Below are positions 10,475-19,750 of a stretch of 64,000 nucleotides of DNA, one piece after another; position 1 is the stretch's first letter, and every line of letters begins with the position of its first letter. The stretch covers positions 11,780 to 75,779 of the forward strand of contig CALYAX010000006.1 in assembly GCA_944393665.1 (NCBI GenBank), in the 5' to 3' direction. Origin of the DNA: an uncultured Alphaproteobacteria bacterium. GTDB taxonomy: Bacteria; Pseudomonadota; Alphaproteobacteria; RF32; CAG-239. The position numbers were made by a program, and so were the translations under genes. Below the pieces are notes generated by a model. That model was not told the DNA's origin. It saw nothing but the letters and a program-made list of their open reading frames with translations, and made no database searches.

Positions 10475-10681
10475 ATGAAAAAATTAACAGACCCGAATGA
10501 AAAAATAGAACTTACAAATTTATTGGCGGTTTTCCGACTAGAGATGAAAAAGCTCCGGGAACAATTGAACAAAAAGGGCTATGTTTGCCGTTACTGCGGT
10601 AAACAAGCCCCAAAACCACACGGCGGCAAGTGTCCTTACAGCCCGCACCCAAACAAATGCCACGAATTTATTAAGGCATAG
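10475..10681 (+). CDS. Small zinc-finger-like protein
   Basis: AGGAG RBS; CRYCG...CPYSPH..CH. Confidence 0.55.
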   Translation: MKKLTDPNEKIELTNLLAVFRLEMKKLREQLNKKGYVCRYCGKQAPKPHGGKCPYSPHPNKCHEFIKA

Positions 10682-11351
10682 GCTGATTAAGGGGTATATA
10701 TGGAATTTCCAGACCACTCTCTTTAATCAGTTTTTCCCTTTCTCCAAAATCTTTTTGATGATAAATTTGTAATTCTGTATAAAGCCACATATAAAAGGTA
10801 TCTATTAGTTTACTATATTCTGCAAAAATTTTATTGAGATTAATTTCTTGTCCGCTTTCTTCTATGAACTGTTTTGATAGTACATTCCATTGTTCTGGGT
10901 GTTTTAAAAAGTCGTTGGAAACAAAAACAACATCCCAAGATTTATTATCATCTAAAGAACGCACCGGATATGGAAACTCAAGTTGATAATGAGTTTGATA
11001 ATTCCTTAATTTATGAATAAACTGAGCCAATTTATTATCAGCAAACGATTCTTTTATTTTTTGTTGATACTCTTTATGTAAATCAGTTTTTTCATAAAAG
11101 CCAATCAATCTTCTTGCGTGATCTGTTAAAGCAGTAGAAGAGGCGAGAAAGTTAAAAATATATTGTGACAAATGGATATGTTGTTCTTGAAATGTTTCTT
11201 GAGACATATTTGTATCATTGTGTATTCTTTTTAATAGCATTTCCAAGTCAATATAATTTTGCCTAAAAATATGGTGCATTGTTGCAAAAATTCCCATACG
11301 ATTTAAGGCTTTCCATCCGGCACAGTTAAAAACATCTTCTTGAGTAGTCAT
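10671..11351 (-). CDS. Helical protein with HEPN-like Rx4H motif
   Basis: NFLAS...LRNYQTH. Confidence 0.5.
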   Translation of the reverse strand: MTTQEDVFNCAGWKALNRMGIFATMHHIFRQNYIDLEMLLKRIHNDTNMSQETFQEQHIHLSQYIFNFLASSTALTDHARRLIGFYEKTDLHKEYQQKIKESFADNKLAQFIHKLRNYQTHYQLEFPYPVRSLDDNKSWDVVFVSNDFLKHPEQWNVLSKQFIEESGQEINLNKIFAEYSKLIDTFYMWLYTELQIYHQKDFGEREKLIKESGLEIPYIPLNQPMP

Positions 11352-11423
11352 TTTTATTCATCTTTAAAATTATTAATATTATCTGTGAGTCTATAAAAAA
11401 TAACTAAAAATACAAGAATAAAA

Positions 11424-11457
11424 AAATACCCTGCAACCAATCAGCCACAGGGTATTT
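11424..11457. terminator. Intrinsic terminator candidate
   Basis: AAATACCCTG...CAGGGTATTT inverted repeat. Confidence 0.5.
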
Positions 11458-11548
11458 ATATCAGTTGTTAAATATTAAAACTTATATTTAGCGTTAATCA
11501 GTCCGGTGTGGTCTTGGTAATCCTCACGGAATCTATAGCTGTTAATGA

Positions 11549-12046
11549 TTACATAGAGGTTGTTTTTCCTATATTGGATGTATTCTTTCTTTGTTTTGAT
11601 ATTGTCTTGTTGGTTTTTTTAGAGATATTATTTTTTCGGTTAATACTTAAGCTGTCGTCATCAGCATACATATTAACTGATTTTAATAATGTTACTACGT
11701 CAACCATAGCCAAACAAGCCTGTGTGCCACTAAATTTTTGGTAATAGTTTGATTTGATAGGGGATAAAAGAATAGCATTTTCGTTGTAATCTACAAGACA
11801 AGCATAATGCGTTACTTTGTTTGCTTCAATTGACTTAAAAATAGTAAGTTGTGTGTTTTTATCCAATTGCTGTTTACCTTGGCTTTGAGCATATTTATTA
11901 CAACCATCAAGCATATCAATACCAGAGCTTTTAATAATTATAGCTCCATATTTTTCTTTTATTCTTTCTGCACATAAGTCTTTATCATTTGCATATGCGA
12001 TGGTGGAGATAAGGCATAAAGTCAATGTTAAAATTAGTTTTTTCAT
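11549..12046 (-). CDS. Secreted hypothetical protein
   Basis: MKKLILTLTLCLISTIAYA signal peptide. Confidence 0.6.
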   Translation of the reverse strand: MKKLILTLTLCLISTIAYANDKDLCAERIKEKYGAIIIKSSGIDMLDGCNKYAQSQGKQQLDKNTQLTIFKSIEANKVTHYACLVDYNENAILLSPIKSNYYQKFSGTQACLAMVDVVTLLKSVNMYADDDSLSINRKNNISKKTNKTISKQRKNTSNIGKTTSM

Positions 12047-12062
12047 CGTTGAATCCTTTGTG

Positions 12063-12491
12063 TTAGTTGTTAGACAGCATATTTCCAACATCACCCAATC
12101 CAAAGATACAAGATGTTAGAAAATATAGTGGTATGAAAATTATCAGGTATTTTATGATTTTGATTATTCGTTTTCCCCATAAGGTACATAATTCCCAGCG
12201 GTTTGAGAAAAATAATGAGGGTATAAACATAACGATTGCCGTTACTCCACTTGCAACCAACATATTAAATATAAATAATAAGGCATCTGTAACATCTGAC
12301 ATCATCTTAAATGTTTCACTAGTAATCTTATCGCCAAGACTATTGATTTTTAGTCCTAACAATAGAGTTAATATGCCCCAGACAATCGTTAAAATATTCG
12401 TAATCTTTTCGTGTTTGACTTTATCAATGGTTGTTTTCTCTATGCCGACATCTTTAATGAGAATTATTTTTTCTTCTTTGTTCACAGTCAT
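12063..12491 (-). CDS. Membrane protein
   Basis: Three hydrophobic segments; coupled to the upstream ORF. Confidence 0.55.
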   Translation of the reverse strand: MTVNKEEKIILIKDVGIEKTTIDKVKHEKITNILTIVWGILTLLLGLKINSLGDKITSETFKMMSDVTDALLFIFNMLVASGVTAIVMFIPSLFFSNRWELCTLWGKRIIKIIKYLIIFIPLYFLTSCIFGLGDVGNMLSNN

Positions 12492-13120
12492 TGTGCATTC
12501 CTCAATTCTGCTTCAATAGCGGATTGAAATTCACCAATCCAAGATGAAACTTGACAGTTAAATTTGGGTGCAATGTCTCTTATGGCACTGAGTGCTAAGA
12601 ATTCTTCTTGGATAAGGCGATTCATTCCGTAGGAGCGGCTTTCAGTTAGATAACTTTGGTATTCCCAGTTAGCTTCTTCAATATCAGCACAGTTCTTTTT
12701 GTATTTTCCGCTATTTAAGGCTTGTTCATAATTTTGCATATCGCTTATACATAGTTTTTGTGCTTTTTCATTTCCTTTGTAATGCGCATAACAAACAACA
12801 GAGAATGTCTCTGAAAAACTAATGTTTGAGGTTGGTGTAATTGATGGCTCGTTATTGTGCTGAATTACAGAAGCTATCAATAAGCCAAGTGCTAGAATAA
12901 TTGTAATGATTGCACCGATAGCGTAGGCGATATATTTATAGTTTTTATCTTTTTTATAATTAAAAAGACTCCATATAAGTCCTATTGCTGATAGTGAGAT
13001 TGTTCCAAAAATTTGTGATTTTCCCACCAGACCGATAACACTATTTATAATTCCAGCAATAGTTAATATGGCAATTACTGTCGCTATTGCCTCAATTGAT
13101 CCTATAACATATTTCCTCAT
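12488..13120 (-). CDS. Membrane-anchored hypothetical protein
   Basis: Three N-terminal TM segments plus a soluble Cys-containing domain; AGAGGA RBS. Confidence 0.65.
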   Translation of the reverse strand: MRKYVIGSIEAIATVIAILTIAGIINSVIGLVGKSQIFGTISLSAIGLIWSLFNYKKDKNYKYIAYAIGAIITIILALGLLIASVIQHNNEPSITPTSNISFSETFSVVCYAHYKGNEKAQKLCISDMQNYEQALNSGKYKKNCADIEEANWEYQSYLTESRSYGMNRLIQEEFLALSAIRDIAPKFNCQVSSWIGEFQSAIEAELRNAQ

Positions 13121-13202
13121 TTTATCCTCTTTATGAAACTATAGTTGCTGTAACTATAATTACATTTAAATATAGAATGTCAACAGGTAAGTTTGAATTA
13201 TT

Positions 13203-13436
13203 ATGAAAAGAGAATACGCAGAACATATAACCCATAAGGTCGTAGACTTACTTGAAAAAGAAAGGGTTGAAAGAAAAATAACAAAGACCGAAATTAACGA
13301 AAAGACCGGTCTAAGTCGTACTGCGTGGACATTAACTGTTTCAAAAAAGAATAGCCCTACCTTGCGGACACTCTTAATGGTCGCTGATGTTATAGGTGTT
13401 GATTTAAAGCAAATTATTGCTGAAGCTGAAAAGTAG
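13203..13436 (+). CDS. XRE-family HTH regulator
   Basis: Cro/C1-like pattern ..KTGLSRT...NSPTLRTL..VADVIG. Confidence 0.75.
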   Translation: MKREYAEHITHKVVDLLEKERVERKITKTEINEKTGLSRTAWTLTVSKKNSPTLRTLLMVADVIGVDLKQIIAEAEK

Positions 13437-13447
13437 CTTATTACGAT

Positions 13448-13660
13448 ATGAAAAAACTTTTTCTTATATTGATGATTACGTTTTTAACATCATCAGTTCT
13501 AGCAGCTGATAGTCAAACTGTGGTTATGAATACTAAAACATATATCTACCATAACCCAACCTGCAAATGGGCTAAAAAATGCACGAAGAATTGCATCAAA
13601 ACCACCAAACAAAAAGCCCAAACTCAAGGAGCAAGGGCTTGTAAAGTCTGCGGCGGGTAG
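13448..13660 (+). CDS. Secreted small Ada-type metal-binding domain protein
   Basis: Signal peptide; YH..TC....C...A...G.RACKVC. Confidence 0.7.
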   Translation: MKKLFLILMITFLTSSVLAADSQTVVMNTKTYIYHNPTCKWAKKCTKNCIKTTKQKAQTQGARACKVCGG

Positions 13661-13667
13661 GATTTTA

Positions 13668-14951
13668 TTAAACTATTTCTACATTTTTATTTAATGCTTC
13701 CTCTAGTTGTTTTATAAAACTGTTATAAGCTTCAAGGTTAAGTATATGATAATTTTTCTTTAAGTTATTGTACTCTTCTATTAATGAGTAACATTTTTCT
13801 TTACAAGGAAATGATATTTGAAATAATGTAATAGTTAAAAAGACAAATTCTGTAAAAAATATATTCCATTGTTCAAAATTTCTAAAATAACCGTATGGCA
13901 TTTTTAATTTTTTTACAATCTTAGTGTATCTTTGCTCAACTTCATTTTTATATCTACCTTCTATCTTTAACAATATATCGCTATACACATTTGTTAATAC
14001 CATATTTTTACTATAGAAATTCTTAAAATTAATTGCACTTATTTTATCATAAAGCCAAACTATTATTTGCGCTTTTAACTTTTCATTTTCAATATAATCA
14101 ACCATTTGCAATAATATTCCATATGACCAATAATTTGGAGCTAAGTTGTTTAGTAGATCAATATCAATATGTTCTAGTATTTTTGTTGGCTTCAACTTCT
14201 CTAAAAATTCAGTAACCTCTTTTAAATTTTCATCATATCTATAATTATTAAAAATATAATAACAAAGTATATATATTTTTTCCCATTTATTCAAGGTGGA
14301 TGACATAATATCTTGAATGTTACTTTTTTTTGTTGGAAGATTATTTGAAATAGGATAAGTTGTTAATAAATGCAAAGCTTTTATAAAAATATTTTGAGAC
14401 TTGCTAAATTTATCGTCAGTTAATGTTAAGAAATGTCCAAAATTGAATAAGTGTTCAATAAGGAGATATTTTAAATCATTTCTTGATGTTTCTTTCAACC
14501 AAACGTCAAATTCATTAAAAGCATAAATAAGTAAATAATAGAGAAGATATTTAATTCCATACTTATCTTGAAAATATATATTTTCGTGAAACAAAGGAAT
14601 ATGATGAAATAATTCCTTATTTAACTTTGATTCTAATATCCATTTATAAAATTGGATATTAGAATAATGAGGATTATATTCTATCTTGGGAATTTCGGTA
14701 TCAAGTTTTGATATTATTGTTAAAGCATTTTTTTGTACAGCATCTGATAGTATTTGCTGTAATTCTTTATCATTCACATAAGCTAACAATATTGCAACAG
14801 CACAAATATTTTCAAGAGATGAGTTATTATCTAAAAGATGTTGTGCTTTTATTTTCTCAGCTGAACCAACTGTTACTTTTGATAATTCATCTGGCTTCAA
14901 TTCTAAAATATTATTATTTAGCACATCAAAGAATACTTCGTCTTTAATCAT
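13668..14951 (-). CDS. Large helical hypothetical protein (partner of the PLD-like gene)
   Basis: 427 aa, very AT-rich, start overlaps the upstream stop at 14951. Confidence 0.7.
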   Translation of the reverse strand: MIKDEVFFDVLNNNILELKPDELSKVTVGSAEKIKAQHLLDNNSSLENICAVAILLAYVNDKELQQILSDAVQKNALTIISKLDTEIPKIEYNPHYSNIQFYKWILESKLNKELFHHIPLFHENIYFQDKYGIKYLLYYLLIYAFNEFDVWLKETSRNDLKYLLIEHLFNFGHFLTLTDDKFSKSQNIFIKALHLLTTYPISNNLPTKKSNIQDIMSSTLNKWEKIYILCYYIFNNYRYDENLKEVTEFLEKLKPTKILEHIDIDLLNNLAPNYWSYGILLQMVDYIENEKLKAQIIVWLYDKISAINFKNFYSKNMVLTNVYSDILLKIEGRYKNEVEQRYTKIVKKLKMPYGYFRNFEQWNIFFTEFVFLTITLFQISFPCKEKCYSLIEEYNNLKKNYHILNLEAYNSFIKQLEEALNKNVEIV

Positions 14952-16486
14952 TATTCCCCCTCTGGAAACAAGCGATTATCTTCACAACATTTAGAAATTA
15001 ACTCCTCTAAATATTTAGAAGCCAAAATTTTATTTTCTCCATCATATTCAAAAATTGAAATATCGTATCGGGTTAATAAATTATTTAAACTGTTTGTTAA
15101 AGAAAAAACATAGCGGTTTTTTAAGGACTTTATATAAATATATCTATCGTGGAAACATTCTTTAGATAAATTATGCCAAATAAGTCTAGCTGCAGGCAAA
15201 CCGCTTCCTTGAATATTTTTAATCGTTTGAATGGTCTTTTGTTTTATCTTTTCTATTTCCATAATTGAGGAAGATAAATCAGGCTCAGAATCTGGATCCT
15301 TACTCGTCCACGCTGAAATAATTTCAATCTTTATATCATTTTTATTTATTCCCAATATTGGTATAAGTGATTCTTTGGAGATAAAAGGATCAATAAAATA
15401 AATAGTGCTATTGTCATCGACAATACGCTCATTAATATAATTAATAATATCTTGAAGTGTATTCTTGGATTTTGAAAAATATTTTTGCATTGTTTTGTTT
15501 GTATGATTTGTTTTATTTTTTGCCAGCTGATAAATAAGTTGTTGCCGCTCATTTATAATGTTTAATGGGTTTTTTACTGGATATTTTACTTCGGTTTTTA
15601 TTGGACGATTTTCTATTGAAACATTAAGTTCTTTTTCTTCATTTTTACCATATTTGATATTAACACTTCGACCAATCATTCTCATATCCATACTAATCCC
15701 TAATAACCAATGACATTTTTCTGTATGGACAAGTTTGCCATTTTCATCAAATACCCAATATTCATACCCCCCATCATTTATTAAAGGTTTATTAAATGTT
15801 ATTTCTTTTTTTCCTTTGTGGATAATCTGTACTTCATCTAAAAGAATCTCTGAAGTAACTGAAAAAACAGTTAAGTGTATTATATTTTTTACATCACAGA
15901 AGTCCCGTCTAAAAATATACTGATTAGGTTGTTCTTTAGTCGTTCTAATTTTGAAAGGAGGAATATTTTCTATCCATGTTGGCACATCAGCATATTCGTA
16001 GCAACCAACTCTCTTACTATACCCATCTAAGAAATGTTGAGCAGTATCTTTTTCAAGTATATCTAATATCTCTCTAAGTATCTCTTTATTTTCTTCTCGA
16101 AGAAAATATTCATCACGAAAACTAAAGAAATCATCTGTATAATAACTGTGCATTGTTATTGTTGAAGCTACTGGAGAGGATGGAATATCAAAGTCATAAT
16201 GTTTTTTACTTTGAATAATTTCAGAATATTCGTTATATATAACCTCAATAGCTAAGTTATTGTTAATCGAATTAAACTTTATCTTATTATTCTGACAAAA
16301 TTTTTCAGGATGAATATTTATAATGCTGAAAAAAAGATAAATTTCTTCTCCCGAAGATAACCTCCCAATTTTTTGAGGTTTTGAATTCATAGCTACGTTG
16401 TTATCTGTTGGTAAAGATAAACCATACAAAAATATTTGTGATTTATTTTCCTTATTTCCAATAAAGTATAGCCACGAAGCAAACAT
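14951..16486 (-). CDS. VPA1262-like protein with C-terminal PLD-like nuclease domain
   Basis: IYFIDPF...FHDRYIYI...SLTNSLNN motif set. Confidence 0.6.
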   Translation of the reverse strand: MFASWLYFIGNKENKSQIFLYGLSLPTDNNVAMNSKPQKIGRLSSGEEIYLFFSIINIHPEKFCQNNKIKFNSINNNLAIEVIYNEYSEIIQSKKHYDFDIPSSPVASTITMHSYYTDDFFSFRDEYFLREENKEILREILDILEKDTAQHFLDGYSKRVGCYEYADVPTWIENIPPFKIRTTKEQPNQYIFRRDFCDVKNIIHLTVFSVTSEILLDEVQIIHKGKKEITFNKPLINDGGYEYWVFDENGKLVHTEKCHWLLGISMDMRMIGRSVNIKYGKNEEKELNVSIENRPIKTEVKYPVKNPLNIINERQQLIYQLAKNKTNHTNKTMQKYFSKSKNTLQDIINYINERIVDDNSTIYFIDPFISKESLIPILGINKNDIKIEIISAWTSKDPDSEPDLSSSIMEIEKIKQKTIQTIKNIQGSGLPAARLIWHNLSKECFHDRYIYIKSLKNRYVFSLTNSLNNLLTRYDISIFEYDGENKILASKYLEELISKCCEDNRLFPEGE

Positions 16487-16740
16487 CTATTTATCCTTAT
16501 TTAATGAAAATCATTCAACGATTTTACACTCTTGTTAATTGTAAAACAATATTTTATTGTCAATTTATAACGTTTTTTATATAGGAAAATAAAACTTGTT
16601 TCAAAATGATAAATTATATGTCAAAAATCTAAGCACACTTTGCCCAGTCAGGAAAACGACAGGAAATGATATATTAATACAATATATTTGACACGTTATA
16701 CTGAATATGCTTGAATCTTCTCATATTATAAACAATTTGG

Positions 16741-17418
16741 ATGACGGTTATGGTTGTAACACAAAAAGCATTAGAAGAGTTAGATAACGAATTAAGGAAA
16801 CAGAGCAAAGGTAAAAGCCACGTTGTTAAACTTATGGAATATTATGCAAAGTTTAATCTGATAAAAATGATTCCTATGCTTCCTTCAGAAGAAGGTAATC
16901 CGAGATATGAAGTAGAAATTCTATCAAATGAGGATCCTACTCCAGAAATTAATACTAAAGACCCCTGTGTTATGTACTCAATTATTTCATTCAAAAATAA
17001 AAATATGAGACTTTTTCTTCGTGGCATAGATTTTTATTTAGATATAAAATTTAACGAAACTAATGAGAAAAAAGATAATAAAATCGTAAGTGTATTAAAA
17101 AAAGCAGTAAGAAAGAAAAAAGCGATAGATAAAAAGAATAAAGAAACTGGTGAAGGCTTCGATTTCTATTCATCAAAAGTAAGAATTGAAGCAAAAGAAA
17201 TCGCTAATGTTAGGGATTCTTTGAGAATTTTTTTAAAAGAATTCAAATGTAAAGAACTGCTTGATTTATTGTTCTTCAGTAATAAAAGTGAAATTAGTTA
17301 TAAAAAAGAAGTTTATGCTAGTGATTTGAGAAAAGGTAAAATTAAAGAACTAACAATACAAGATATATCTTTCCTCTTTGACCCCAAAAAGAAAAAATGG
17401 ATAGAACAATGCGATTAA
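16741..17418 (+). CDS. Hypothetical basic protein
   Basis: 225 aa ORF near the right end of the element. Confidence 0.6.
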   Translation: MTVMVVTQKALEELDNELRKQSKGKSHVVKLMEYYAKFNLIKMIPMLPSEEGNPRYEVEILSNEDPTPEINTKDPCVMYSIISFKNKNMRLFLRGIDFYLDIKFNETNEKKDNKIVSVLKKAVRKKKAIDKKNKETGEGFDFYSSKVRIEAKEIANVRDSLRIFLKEFKCKELLDLLFFSNKSEISYKKEVYASDLRKGKIKELTIQDISFLFDPKKKKWIEQCD

Positions 17419-17520
17419 GATGCTTTCACGACCTGTTGTAATTCATTGTTGTTTGCACAAAATAAAAGTATCTTCTCATAAGTATCAATTGTCGCATTAT
17501 AGTAAGTTTCTGAGGTCAAA

Positions 17521-17662
17521 AGTTCGCAATTCATTTCAGTCGGTTCACCAATACAAACAGCGCTCTTTTCAGGGCGCTGTTTTGTTATATGGAACACGGC
17601 TTTTGGCGAGTTCGGGTGTTTGACTTTCAAAAATCGCGTTTTGGGAAGTTTTTCCGAACTCG
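17521..17662 (+). repeat. Cassette boundary module copy 1 (includes right att site of the island)
   Basis: AGTTCG-N18-TCACCAAT + CAGCGCTC/GGGCGCTG terminator + CGAGTTCGG..CCGAACTCG inverted repeat. Confidence 0.9.
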
Positions 17663-17760
17663 TTTTGTGATTTTTCTTTATTTTTTAATGCGCCCATTAT
17701 ATTATAATAACAATATATTACAGGGAAAATTTTATAAACAAGCCGTAGAAAGATGAGAAA

Positions 17761-18276
17761 TTGCTTTTAGTTAATATCAATGGTCCGATAAATTCCGGAA
17801 AATCAACAATTTCAAAGTTGTTAGCTCAAACTTTGTCTAATTCTTTATTTATAGAAGTAGATGACTTGCTTTCTGATGAGGAGAAGGATTTGTTGGGCCT
17901 TACGCAATGTGAAGGATGGGCAGAGAGAATTAATAGATTGGCTAAAATAGTAACTCATGAAAAACATATACAGCAATTTGACCATATTATATTTGCATAT
18001 CCAATGACGGAAAAGTTGTTTAAAAAATGGAAACAATGGGAAGATGAAAGTACTAAATTTATTAGCATTACTTTGGCTCCCGATATTGAGGTTTGCGTTA
18101 CTAATCGTGGAAAACGTATTTTGACAGACGAGGAAATTGAGAGAATTAAAGAAATGTATCAAGAAGGTTATCATAACTCAGAATATGCGGATTTGATTAT
18201 TAATAATTCTACACAAGAACCAGAAGAAACACTGCAGCAAGTCACTTCTTTTTTATCAAAGTACATAAAATTTTAA
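17761..18276 (+). CDS. P-loop (shikimate/nucleotide kinase-like) protein
   Basis: INGPINSGKST Walker A; TTG start. Confidence 0.8.
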   Translation: MLLVNINGPINSGKSTISKLLAQTLSNSLFIEVDDLLSDEEKDLLGLTQCEGWAERINRLAKIVTHEKHIQQFDHIIFAYPMTEKLFKKWKQWEDESTKFISITLAPDIEVCVTNRGKRILTDEEIERIKEMYQEGYHNSEYADLIINNSTQEPEETLQQVTSFLSKYIKF

Positions 18277-18303
18277 CATATTTTTATAAAGAGAGAGGTC
18301 AGT

Positions 18304-18771
18304 ATGAAAATCAGAAATTTTGTGAAACAAGATTTGCCTCAAGTTTTAGAACTTTGCCGCGAAGTTAGGCAACATCATATAGATATATTAGGCGGGTACT
18401 TTGCAGAGCAGGATGATTTTTACGAACAACAAGGATTTTTAGAATCTCTTGAGGGTAATAATATGATTGCTTTGGTGGCAGAGGATAATGGTATTATATG
18501 CGGTTATTTGCTGGCGGAGAGAAAAAGTGCACCATATTTGGTAAATTCTAAAGTTATTAATATTGCTAATTTTGGCGTTGCTAAAGCCAGACGCAAGCAA
18601 GGTATTGGCAAGTTGCTAATGGATAAGATATTTGATATATGCAAAAAAGAGGGGGTCGATGAAATCCGCCTCGGTGTGTATAATAAAAATACTGATGCGT
18701 ATCATTTTTATGAAAATTATGGTTTTAAACCATTGGAACAGCGGATAAATATATTGTTGAGCAAAAAATAA
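18304..18771 (+). CDS. GNAT N-acetyltransferase
   Basis: V...RRKQGIGKLLM; N..A.HFYENYGF. Confidence 0.9.
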   Translation: MKIRNFVKQDLPQVLELCREVRQHHIDILGGYFAEQDDFYEQQGFLESLEGNNMIALVAEDNGIICGYLLAERKSAPYLVNSKVINIANFGVAKARRKQGIGKLLMDKIFDICKKEGVDEIRLGVYNKNTDAYHFYENYGFKPLEQRINILLSKK

Positions 18772-18774
18772 AAT

Positions 18775-18916
18775 AGCTCGTAGATTATGAGTTAAGCATT
18801 ACCAATACAAGTAGCGCTCTTTTCAGGGCGCTGTTTTGTTATAGGGAACACGGCTTTCAGCGAGTTCGGGTGTTTGACTTTCAAAAATTGCGGTTTGGGA
18901 AGTTTTTCCGAACTCG
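18775..18916 (+). repeat. Cassette boundary module copy 2
   Basis: AGCTCG-N18-TTACCAAT, then a near-identical ~110 bp to copy 1. Confidence 0.9.
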
Positions 18917-19012
18917 TTTACTAATGTTTCTTTGTTTTACAAGCATTTAATCCTATTGGAATCTCGTTAGGTCTTCGGGATTATCTTTTATCATAAATCA
19001 GATATAAAAAGC

Positions 19013-19447
19013 TTATAATTTTTTGATAAAACAGATAATTCTATTTGCTTCCGTAAAATTCATTGCTTTATGAAATTGAAAACTGTTTTTATTATTTATT
19101 TCGCAATCACTGGCAAATTCACGGCAACCGTTATCTTTTGCCCAAAGCTCACATTCTGCCAGCAGTTCCTTAGCGTAACCTTTGTTGCGATATTCAGGCT
19201 TAACAAAAATTCCCTCCAAATAACCTACAGGGGATGTTTCACTTCCTTCTACATAGTCATATCGTAATTGGCATTGTGCAAAACCTGCCGGAATATCATT
19301 TTCATATTTTATAAAGAATTGCACTTTTTTTGAGGACATAATTTTTGAAAATTCTTCAATCAATTCATTAACTGTATGATTATTCCACATCAAACTGGCT
19401 AAGCTTGCCAGAAGATTTATATCTTTTATTTCTGCTTTTTGTATCAT
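19013..19447 (-). CDS. Aminoglycoside 6'-N-acetyltransferase AAC(6')-I-like GNAT
   Basis: LRYDYVEG..TSPVGYLEGIFV..EYR..G...EFASDC...N..S..FH...F.E. Confidence 0.85.
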   Translation of the reverse strand: MIQKAEIKDINLLASLASLMWNNHTVNELIEEFSKIMSSKKVQFFIKYENDIPAGFAQCQLRYDYVEGSETSPVGYLEGIFVKPEYRNKGYAKELLAECELWAKDNGCREFASDCEINNKNSFQFHKAMNFTEANRIICFIKKL

Positions 19448-19531
19448 ACAAAATCTCCAAGTTTATAAATTTACTTATTACAAAGTTTATACAATATCTG
19501 TTGCAAATTATTTAACAATACTGGTAAATTT

Positions 19532-19671
19532 AGCTCGTAATCCGTGAGTTATGCATCACCAATACAAACGGCGCTCTTTTCAGAGCGCTGTTTTGTTATA
19601 TGGAACACGGCTTTTGGCGAGTTCGGGTGTTTGACTTTCAAAAATCGCGTTTTGGGAAGTTTTTCCGAACT
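19532..19671 (+). repeat. Cassette boundary module copy 3
   Basis: AGCTCG-N18-TCACCAAT, then a near-identical ~110 bp to copy 1. Confidence 0.9.
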
Positions 19672-19750
19672 TATTTTAATTAATGAATTGATTTTTCGAA
19701 CTTTATAATATTATAATGACAGAAAAATCGCTATGGAAGGTTTATAAGGG

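Larger units (their letters stand above)
5034..17552. mobile_element. Integrative element inserted at the tRNA-Glu 3' end
   Basis: TCACCAAT repeated at 5034-41 and 17545-52; integrase at the border; Rep-like gene and resolvase; strongly AT-rich relative to flanks. Confidence 0.85.

Noticed and set aside
17521-17552. Additional tRNA gene at the repeat copies
   Set aside because: Only the GTTCG and CACCA words match; no cloverleaf can be formed.
5034-17552. Prophage
   Set aside because: No terminase, capsid, tail or lysis genes are recognisable.
17415-17630. Independent 71-aa gene
   Set aside because: Its 5' part is the non-coding repeat module; the 3' part is better explained as the detached integrase C-terminus.
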